DNA from: Pirellula staleyi DSM 6068 | Lineage (GTDB): Bacteria; Planctomycetota; Planctomycetia; Pirellulales; Pirellulaceae | Direction: 5' to 3' | Assembly (NCBI GenBank): GCA_000025185.1 | Contig: CP001848.1 | Location: 2,310,001-2,342,000 of the forward strand | Length of the DNA stretch: 32,000 bases | Shown here: positions 25,215 to 32,000 of the stretch, piece after piece | Position numbering within the stretch: position 1 is the first letter of the stretch | How the letters are laid out: each line of letters opens with the position of its first letter | Made by a program: the position numbers and the translations under genes | The notes under the pieces: model-generated | Seen by the model: only the letters and a program-made list of their open reading frames with translations | Databases searched by the model: none | What the model was told of the DNA's origin: nothing

Positions 25215-28200
25215 TTATGGATCCTTCGGCTGTGCGTCGGGACCTAGGGCGAGCATCGAAGTCTCGGCATTCGTGCCGAGTTCCGAGATCTTGGTGGTGG
25301 TTTCGTTGAGCTCGGCAACCAGTTGATCGAGGATTTCTTTCACACGGTTGGCCTTGTCAGGGTCACCGAGTTTACCGGCAGCCTCTGCTCGACGTGGCAT
25401 CAGCGAAAGGGATTTGATCAGCAACGAAGCAGGTCCAACGAGCGATGGTGCTTCTTTCGAGGCAGCCTTGAGAACCTTCATCAGTTCGGCACCAGCGCCG
25501 GTGGAGTAGTCGGTGATATCCTGCACGCTGCGGCCGGTGGTGCTTCCCACGGCCGATTGCGCCGTGCCGATGGCATCGGTGATTCGCTTGGCAGCGGTCG
25601 TGGTTTTCTTGAAGTTCAAAGCGGCTTTCACACGAGCTGCTTTGTCCCCTTCGATCGCAGCGAGCGTTTTTCGCGACTCGCTCTTGGCTGCCGCCGACAA
25701 ATCGTTGAGGTAGTCCTTGAACTCGGGGAATTCTCGATCCCCGGTCGGACCCGTTGCCAGCGGTGTGTAGCTATCGAGTGCCGTGGCCAGAATCATCAAG
25801 TTCTTCGAATGCGTCACCCATTCGTCGTAGGTATCGACCGTCGAGATATCGAGGCTCACCACCACTTTGGCCGATGTTTCGACGAGCTTGAAGCCGTTGT
25901 CGATCGAAGCCGTGGGGGAGGGCGACTTGAGTACGAAATTGTTCTTCGGATTGCTGGCTGCTTCTTTGTTGGCCATCCACGAGGCGAGTGTCATCGGCGC
26001 ACCAGCTTCTGGGGCAAAGCGAGTGACCACGCCAACCACTTGGATGTCGTCGGAGAACTTGGCTTCGAGGAAGCGGACCACCTTCTCGGCGCTTGTGTTC
26101 TCATCGGCGAGCACCGCATCGTTGAGATTGCAGCTGCGGAGGGCTTCGCGAGCAAACGGATCGTTCATTTCGAGCGCGCCGTAAGCGACAGCATACTTGG
26201 CAAGGGTCGCGTTGCTCTTGAGCGACTTCACAACCAGCACGCGGTCGCGCGGGTTATCGAGCGCTTTGCGATACTTGGCCCAGGCTCGTTTCACCTTCCT
26301 CTCTTGGAACTTGCGGCTGAGGAAGTCCTTGGCCTGAGCGAATGCCTCGAGAGCACCGTTGGCTGCTTTCAGCGCGGCACCAGCGGCAGCTCCATAGCCC
26401 GAGAGGTCGGCAGCAGCGGCACCGGTAATCAAGATGGCCTGGCCCAGGGCCACAGCGGCATCGATGACGTCGTTGGTGAGTTGTCGCTTGAGTTCGCTCA
26501 CTTGTGCCAGCAAAGCAAAAGCTTGCGGGCTGGCAGCTTTCTTAGCGTCGGAAACAAGTGCGGTGAATGTGCAGAGCTCTTGGCTGCGGCGAACAGCAGC
26601 GACGACGTTCATGGCGAATTGCTTGGCCTTGAGCACACCACCCAGCTGCGGAACGATCAGCGTGACGACGCCACCTACAGCATCCAAAATGCCGTTGAGC
26701 AGCGCGATTTGAGCTTTGTCAGCTTCGATCTGTGCGATCAGTTTATCGATATCGTACAGGTCCGAGAGGAGAGCCATATCTTCGTCGTCGGCACCCACAC
26801 CTACACCCATCGCCAGCGAGAGACTCTTGCAGTAGGTCTCGTGAGCTTCTTCGAGTTCGGCGTTGGTTTGTTCGGCACCCGCTTCGATCGCGAGCTTCTC
26901 GATCGCTTCAGGATCGGGAGCAGTACCAATGAGTTCGCTGAGGTTTTTGGTGATTCCCGCGATATCGATACCTTCGATCTTCTCGGTCTCTCCCTCTTGT
27001 TCTTTGGTGAGCTCCTTCACCTGACGATCGTATTCAGGATCACCTTCGGCGAGCCCCTCTTTCTCGAGCTTTTCTTTGAGATCGAGAAGATCGGGGTAGT
27101 GCTTCATGAACTTGACGAGGTCTTTGGTCCCTTGCTTCACCTCGGTATCGACGATGGCACCAATCTTGGCGAGCAAGAGCTTGGTGTTCACGGGAGTGGC
27201 TTGCAAGAGATCGAAAATCTCTTTGCCAGCCATGCCGGAGCTGACCTTGCTTTTGATTTGTGCGCCAACGGTGTCGAAGATCTTGCTGAACTTGTCGTCC
27301 TTGGTTTTGGCCGAGATCGACGAGCCGATGACGCCGAAGGCTGCTTCGAGAGCGTCGCCAATCAAGTCGCCAGCTTCGCCATTGCTCCGCTCCGAGAGCT
27401 TTTTGACGACAAGTCCGGTGTTGGCGACTGTCAGAAACGCGGCTTTGGAGACGTCGCCCCAAGGTTCGGGAACAGCAGCTCCTAGGATGGCACCGATGTT
27501 GGTGGTGCAACCCTTCAAATCCTTGGCGAGTGCGTTAGAAAGGAGATTGGCACCTGCCCGAGCGCACTTGGTGGCAAGTTCCAGGATCTCTTTGGCTTTA
27601 GGTCCGGTGCCGACGATCGACAGAACGACGTCGACCACTGAAGCGCCGATGCCGAGTACTTCGTCAGCATCTTGCAGCAAGCCTCGCGCGGTAGCAAAGC
27701 GTTCTTCTTCCTCGCGAGCCTTCACTGCACAGCGTTCGCGGTATAGGGCATTGGCACCTTCCCACAGCTGCAACACGCGGCTGAACTCTTGCGGGCATTG
27801 ATCCTCGGAGATGATCCGCTCGCGAACGAGGGGAGTCCAAATCTCCTCCATCAATTCATTGGGAGTGAACTTGGCGTCGCCGTTGTCGCGAATCTCGTTG
27901 GTAAGGGCCATGAGCTGATCCATGACCAGCTTGAGCGCCTGCAGTTGTGCGTCGGTGGGGCCCTTACCAGCCACACGACGATCGCCGTCGTGGACTTCAC
28001 TGTACTGCTTGTCGACCTCGTTTCCTTGGGTCTTCGTGCGCTTGGTTGTCGAGCCGGGTAAGCCTTCACGTTTGACGACATATTTCAGGTCAGTCGTTTT
28101 TGAAATCTCGGCCTTTTGCAGTTCGAGGAGATCACGCACCTTCTTCAAGGCTTCGTCTTTGGCTTGACGCGCTGTTTCAAAATCGTCGGCCTTTTCGGCG

Positions 28201-28469
28201 ACTCCCGGAATTCCCGCTGCTGCGAGGGCTTCCTTGATTTTGGCGATCTCGGCCTTCTTCGATTCGTCGAGCTCGGTCCCCTTGGCCAGCTCTTCGTCGA
28301 ATTCCTTCACCTTTTTGAGGGCTTCGCGGGTATCCTGCGGCGCTCCATCGACTTCGATGTTGGCATTCCACGGAACTTCCACCCCCAGCTGACGCGACAG
28401 CCATGCTTTCTGAGCAGGGTCGAAACCAGTTTTCTTCGAGACTGGAGGTGCGGTAGTGGGAGATGCCAT
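25215..28469 (-). CDS. Hypothetical 1084-aa helical protein with internal Gly/Ala-rich hydrophobic helix pairs
   Basis: Long uninterrupted ORF with GAGGAT 7 nt upstream of the ATG and no signal peptide. It is K/E/A-rich with hydrophobic segments at aa 271-290, 324-356, 588-613 and 668-706. I recognise no family. Confidence 0.75.
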   Translation of the reverse strand: MASPTTAPPVSKKTGFDPAQKAWLSRQLGVEVPWNANIEVDGAPQDTREALKKVKEFDEELAKGTELDESKKAEIAKIKEALAAAGIPGVAEKADDFETARQAKDEALKKVRDLLELQKAEISKTTDLKYVVKREGLPGSTTKRTKTQGNEVDKQYSEVHDGDRRVAGKGPTDAQLQALKLVMDQLMALTNEIRDNGDAKFTPNELMEEIWTPLVRERIISEDQCPQEFSRVLQLWEGANALYRERCAVKAREEEERFATARGLLQDADEVLGIGASVVDVVLSIVGTGPKAKEILELATKCARAGANLLSNALAKDLKGCTTNIGAILGAAVPEPWGDVSKAAFLTVANTGLVVKKLSERSNGEAGDLIGDALEAAFGVIGSSISAKTKDDKFSKIFDTVGAQIKSKVSSGMAGKEIFDLLQATPVNTKLLLAKIGAIVDTEVKQGTKDLVKFMKHYPDLLDLKEKLEKEGLAEGDPEYDRQVKELTKEQEGETEKIEGIDIAGITKNLSELIGTAPDPEAIEKLAIEAGAEQTNAELEEAHETYCKSLSLAMGVGVGADDEDMALLSDLYDIDKLIAQIEADKAQIALLNGILDAVGGVVTLIVPQLGGVLKAKQFAMNVVAAVRRSQELCTFTALVSDAKKAASPQAFALLAQVSELKRQLTNDVIDAAVALGQAILITGAAAADLSGYGAAAGAALKAANGALEAFAQAKDFLSRKFQERKVKRAWAKYRKALDNPRDRVLVVKSLKSNATLAKYAVAYGALEMNDPFAREALRSCNLNDAVLADENTSAEKVVRFLEAKFSDDIQVVGVVTRFAPEAGAPMTLASWMANKEAASNPKNNFVLKSPSPTASIDNGFKLVETSAKVVVSLDISTVDTYDEWVTHSKNLMILATALDSYTPLATGPTGDREFPEFKDYLNDLSAAAKSESRKTLAAIEGDKAARVKAALNFKKTTTAAKRITDAIGTAQSAVGSTTGRSVQDITDYSTGAGAELMKVLKAASKEAPSLVGPASLLIKSLSLMPRRAEAAGKLGDPDKANRVKEILDQLVAELNETTTKISELGTNAETSMLALGPDAQPKDP

Positions 28470-28482
28470 CAGCAGATCCTCG

Positions 28483-28508
28483 AATTAAAAAGCGCTCAGA
28501 GAGCGCTT
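28483..28508 (-). terminator. Short intrinsic terminator or attenuator hairpin between the two giant genes
   Basis: On the minus strand, AAGCGCTC-TCT-GAGCGCTT (8-bp stem) is followed by TTTAATT. It lies 90 nt after the upstream stop and about 14 nt before the SD of the 1084-aa gene. Confidence 0.4.
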
Positions 28509-28597
28509 GGCAAACTGTCGGAAGTCGGGAACAAAACGAAACAGAGTCAAACAAGAGACAGTCAAACGGGACGAGCAAAATCGTCTCGCGTGGAGAA

Positions 28598-31500
28598 CTA
28601 TTCCACCGCTCGTTGCAAGTTCAGATCGAGATCGTTGATGGCGCGGAGCAGTGGAAGACCAAGCACCGAGCCACCATCGCGGCTCCAAGGGTTGTTTTCC
28701 ATGATCACCGAGCGGAAGAGGGGACCTTTCTGCACCATGTCGCGATAGCGACGAAGTTTGGCGAGTGCCTGTTCGCGGAGCTTTCGCTTCTTGGCCAGGT
28801 CGGCTTCTTTCTTCTTACCACCGGGGGAGTCGCTGGCGAGCACTAACAGCTCTTGCTGGAAGGCAGCTGGGTCGAGCTGATCCTTCATGCGAGTGGTGAC
28901 CTTCGTGTTGAAGGTCCGCGTGATATCGGCGGGGGTGACATCAGGAGTGCCATCGGCGCTCTTTTCGATCGCCTTCTCGAGACCGCCGAGCGAGTCGAGC
29001 AGGGTCTTGATGCCATTGGTCCAGCGAGGATTGAGCTCTTTAAGATGTTTCTTGCCACGATCGGTGGTTTGGCTTGCCAGCGGATCTTTGTCGAGCTGAA
29101 GAGCGAGTTGATAGGCCAGTACCATCGACCGACGAGCTCCGGCGATGTCCTTTTTCTTGTACATCTTGGCCGCTTCTTTCGCGAGTGAATCGATGCGCGA
29201 CAGCTCGGTCTTGTCGATTCCGCTGGACTTCTTCAGCTTCTCTTTGAGTGGGCCATAGAGAAGCTTGGTGTCGTCGTATTCCCCCTTAAGCTTCTGCTCG
29301 GCGTCGAACTTTTCCTTCTCTTTTTTGGCATTCTTTTTCGACTCATCGAGCAGCTCATTACCGGTTCCTTGCGCTGCATCTTCGATGGCAAATTGCAGCT
29401 CTTCGGCGAGGGCGATGAGCTGCTTATCGGCGATCTTAAGTGCCTCTTCCGACTCGCCAGCGGAGATCTGCTGCAGCAAGTCCTTGGCTTGCTGATAGAT
29501 CGGCACATTGGTCGCCGAAATCGTTTCATTCGAGACCCGCAGCAGGGTTGTGCAGTACTCGCCCGCGACGTCGGCCATGATCTTTTCGGCCTTCTTCACC
29601 AGCAGGCTACGCTGGGACTTGATCTTGTCGAGCAGGGCAAGTAGCTCGTTTTTGGCGGTGGTGAGTTCGCCCGTGATGAGCGTTTCCCACTTGGTGTAGT
29701 TCTTCGACATGGTGCCAGGACCATCTTTGCTGATGCCATCTTTGGCTTCGGTGAGACGTTCCAGCAGCTTGCCATGTTCCTGAGTGAGTGTCTTCTTGAG
29801 CTCTTTGACGTTGATTGCCTTAAAGAGAGCTGAGAGGAGATCTTTCAGCTTGCCGTAGTCGGTTTTCGGAGCGCGAGGATTGATACGGTCGGAGTAGTAC
29901 TTGAAGGCCTCTTCCGCTTCGCGTGTCATTTCGATAACGCGGGCGTTGAGATCGCGTAGCACGCCGACACTGTCAGCTTTGGCGTTGAGCTCGATCTTTT
30001 TCAGTTCTTCGGAGGCATCGATGTGCCAGGTGGCTTCACGGAAGGTGAGCCAGCGTTCGACCTTCAAAAGCTTCTGCAGAGCTTTGATGTTGTTTTCGAG
30101 TGTGAGCCGTTCGTTGGGAACCGCATTGGTGGCGGTGGTGGCGCGGGTCGTGGCGTCGTTGATCACATCGTCGAGCGGTGCCGACTTGTCGAGATAGTTT
30201 TGCTTGTGCGTGGCATACATCGACGAATCGTTTTCGACGACTGCATCTTGGATCAGTTGCAAGACAGCTCGGGCTTCGTTGACTTTGACGTTCCAGCCAT
30301 TGATCAAAGCCTTATCGCCGACAGGATCAAAATCGAGTCCCTGGTAGGTAAACACGGCGTCGGCCGCTGCTTTAATCTTGGCAGCGAGTGGTTTGACGAA
30401 CTTGCTGAGATCTTCGGAGTCGTCGATATCCTTCTGCATTCCCGCGACTTTGAGGTCGTCTTGGCAGTCGAGGACTTTGTTCTTGAGGTCGGTAAATTTC
30501 CCCTCGAACGTCGAGATGAGAGAATTGGCTTCCCCCGAGGTGGCGACGTTTTTGGCTTTGAGGAACTCTTCATAGAGCTTGTTAAAGTCATCGCGGAAGG
30601 TGAGTGCGAACGATTGATTTTGGCCAGCTAGTCCATCGACAATCCGCTGAACTTCTTCCTTCGCAGCCAGGAATTCGGCTGCCTTGGGATTGATGATATT
30701 AAAAGCCTTGAGGACTTCACGGGCCTCGGTTTGGGCTTCGTCGAACTGGCTGATGCCGGTGGCGTAGTCCTTCGTCCGTTCGGTGGTGGCAATCACGTCG
30801 GCGAGTTTGGCGAGCGCCATGTTCATGAACGGGCCGTCCGTGATGGCGGCGAGTTCGGTTTTGATTTTGTTGTACTGATTGGTGCGCAGCTCTTGCCAGC
30901 CGCGATAGTTGCTCTCGACCGAGGCGAGCCGTTTGCGAAGTTCAGCGACGAAGAGTTCGTTGACCTGAGCGCCGGCGACATTCCACTGCAGGCGGAGGGC
31001 GGCATCTTGGCCGGTGTAATAGGCATTGATCAAATCGCGACGATCGGTCTCGGGGAGCATCTCTTCGATCGAAACGATGAGGGCGCGAGCATCCTTTTTG
31101 TGTTTGTTGTAGATCCCTTCACCCTTGTCGTAGGCATTTTTGGTGAGGGTCCACTTGGCGTTGAGTTCGGCCAGCTTTTCCTTTTGAGCAGCGCGATCGG
31201 AAGCGGCATACCAGTCGAGTTTTTTGAAGGGTAAGTAGGCTTCCGTGATGATCTTGGCGGTATCGGCGTCGTAGTTGCCGAAGGATTTGACGAGTTCCAT
31301 TCCTTTCGCGAGGAGCGCCTCGGCATCTTCGCAAATCTTCAGCTCAACTTTTTTTCCTTTGAGCGATTCTTTCGAGCGTTTGCGTTCAAGTTCTTTTTTG
31401 TCGACTTCAGTACTGAGTTCTTGCCCTACATTTTCGAGCTCGACGGTTTGCAGCTTCATCTTCTCGCGAAGTTTTTCAAGGTGCGCCTCGGCTTGCTTGA

Positions 31501-31870
31501 TGGGGGCTTCCCACAGCTTCTTCTCTTCCTTGGTTTGCTGCTTGATCGCGATCGTCGGCTGACGTTCTTTGAGTTCCTTGAGGAACAGCTCTTGAGCGGC
31601 GTATTCCTTGCTGATGACCTGCATGTCCCACGCCAGATTGACGTAGCGATCTTGCAGGTCTTGCATTTCGGGGGTCAGATCGCCGAACGTAAGCTGCTCG
31701 AGCTTCTCGAGTTTGTCTTTACCAAGCGTGGCAGCGTTTTTAAGTTTGCTGCGATCCCCGGTCCCCACTATTTTCATGGCCAGGATTTTGCGAGCTTCGA
31801 CGCACCACTTGTAAGCCGTGGCTACGGTGACTTGTTTTTTGTCTTCGGGAGTAGGTGTTCCGACGGACAT
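28598..31870 (-). CDS. Hypothetical 1090-aa all-helical Lys/Glu-rich protein
   Basis: Long uninterrupted ORF. I prefer the ATG at 31870, preceded by GGAAGGAAG; the track's TTG at 31888 would place that SD inside the gene. There is no signal peptide or TM segment, and the composition is coiled-coil-like throughout. I recognise no family. Confidence 0.75.
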   Translation of the reverse strand: MSVGTPTPEDKKQVTVATAYKWCVEARKILAMKIVGTGDRSKLKNAATLGKDKLEKLEQLTFGDLTPEMQDLQDRYVNLAWDMQVISKEYAAQELFLKELKERQPTIAIKQQTKEEKKLWEAPIKQAEAHLEKLREKMKLQTVELENVGQELSTEVDKKELERKRSKESLKGKKVELKICEDAEALLAKGMELVKSFGNYDADTAKIITEAYLPFKKLDWYAASDRAAQKEKLAELNAKWTLTKNAYDKGEGIYNKHKKDARALIVSIEEMLPETDRRDLINAYYTGQDAALRLQWNVAGAQVNELFVAELRKRLASVESNYRGWQELRTNQYNKIKTELAAITDGPFMNMALAKLADVIATTERTKDYATGISQFDEAQTEAREVLKAFNIINPKAAEFLAAKEEVQRIVDGLAGQNQSFALTFRDDFNKLYEEFLKAKNVATSGEANSLISTFEGKFTDLKNKVLDCQDDLKVAGMQKDIDDSEDLSKFVKPLAAKIKAAADAVFTYQGLDFDPVGDKALINGWNVKVNEARAVLQLIQDAVVENDSSMYATHKQNYLDKSAPLDDVINDATTRATTATNAVPNERLTLENNIKALQKLLKVERWLTFREATWHIDASEELKKIELNAKADSVGVLRDLNARVIEMTREAEEAFKYYSDRINPRAPKTDYGKLKDLLSALFKAINVKELKKTLTQEHGKLLERLTEAKDGISKDGPGTMSKNYTKWETLITGELTTAKNELLALLDKIKSQRSLLVKKAEKIMADVAGEYCTTLLRVSNETISATNVPIYQQAKDLLQQISAGESEEALKIADKQLIALAEELQFAIEDAAQGTGNELLDESKKNAKKEKEKFDAEQKLKGEYDDTKLLYGPLKEKLKKSSGIDKTELSRIDSLAKEAAKMYKKKDIAGARRSMVLAYQLALQLDKDPLASQTTDRGKKHLKELNPRWTNGIKTLLDSLGGLEKAIEKSADGTPDVTPADITRTFNTKVTTRMKDQLDPAAFQQELLVLASDSPGGKKKEADLAKKRKLREQALAKLRRYRDMVQKGPLFRSVIMENNPWSRDGGSVLGLPLLRAINDLDLNLQRAVE

Positions 31871-32000
31871 CGTTTCTTCCTTCCGCAACCTGAGGAATCA
31901 TCACGCAGTCGCCCGGCCATGAACGGAGTCATCGCCGCGGGCTCGTGGTGCCAAGTTGGTAACTTACAAGTGATCGTGGAGTTCGAAGCTGGCGAGCAAA

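Noticed and set aside
1-32000. Scan for CRISPR arrays, IS elements or transposase genes, rRNA, and long direct or tandem repeats.
   Set aside because: None was seen. The only repeat-like sequence is the low-complexity Pro-rich coding tract, and the only mobile-element trace is the recombinase remnant.

Overview
This window holds a nearly complete type VI secretion system (T6SS) locus, flanked by ordinary genes on the left and orphan cargo-like genes on the right. All calls rest on motif recognition by eye; no searches were run.

Left flank:
- The 3' part of a sulfatase gene.
- A FadL/TodX-like outer-membrane barrel gene.
- A decapitated large-serine-recombinase remnant that overlaps the 3' end of a tRNA-Pro(GGG).

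T6SS core (3.8-23 kb):
- Minus strand: tssK-tssL-tssM.
- Plus strand: tssA, tssB-tssC, hcp, then tagJ-tssE-tssF-tssG, then clpV.
- This is the gene order of the Pseudomonas aeruginosa H1-T6SS (subtype i1).

Non-canonical features of the locus:
- TssM stops immediately after its third transmembrane helix, so it has no periplasmic domain. Its P-loop is degenerate.
- No tssJ, vgrG, PAAR, fha, ppkA, pppA or tagF is visible.
- The fha/tssJ slot holds a divergent gene for a signal-peptide, Pro-rich-linker, beta-barrel-like protein.
- The vgrG slot holds a 359-aa Lys/Glu-rich helical orphan.
- The plus-strand gene set is broken by five long spacers. These contain an intrinsic terminator after tssC and stacked hairpins after hcp.

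Right end: a convergent minus-strand operon encodes two ~1090-aa all-helical orphan proteins. One of them carries Gly/Ala-rich hydrophobic helix pairs. The operon ends with a DUF4240-like gene. I read this as candidate T6SS cargo with an accessory or immunity gene.

The sulfatase and the envelope oddities suggest a planctomycete-like host, but that is only an inference.
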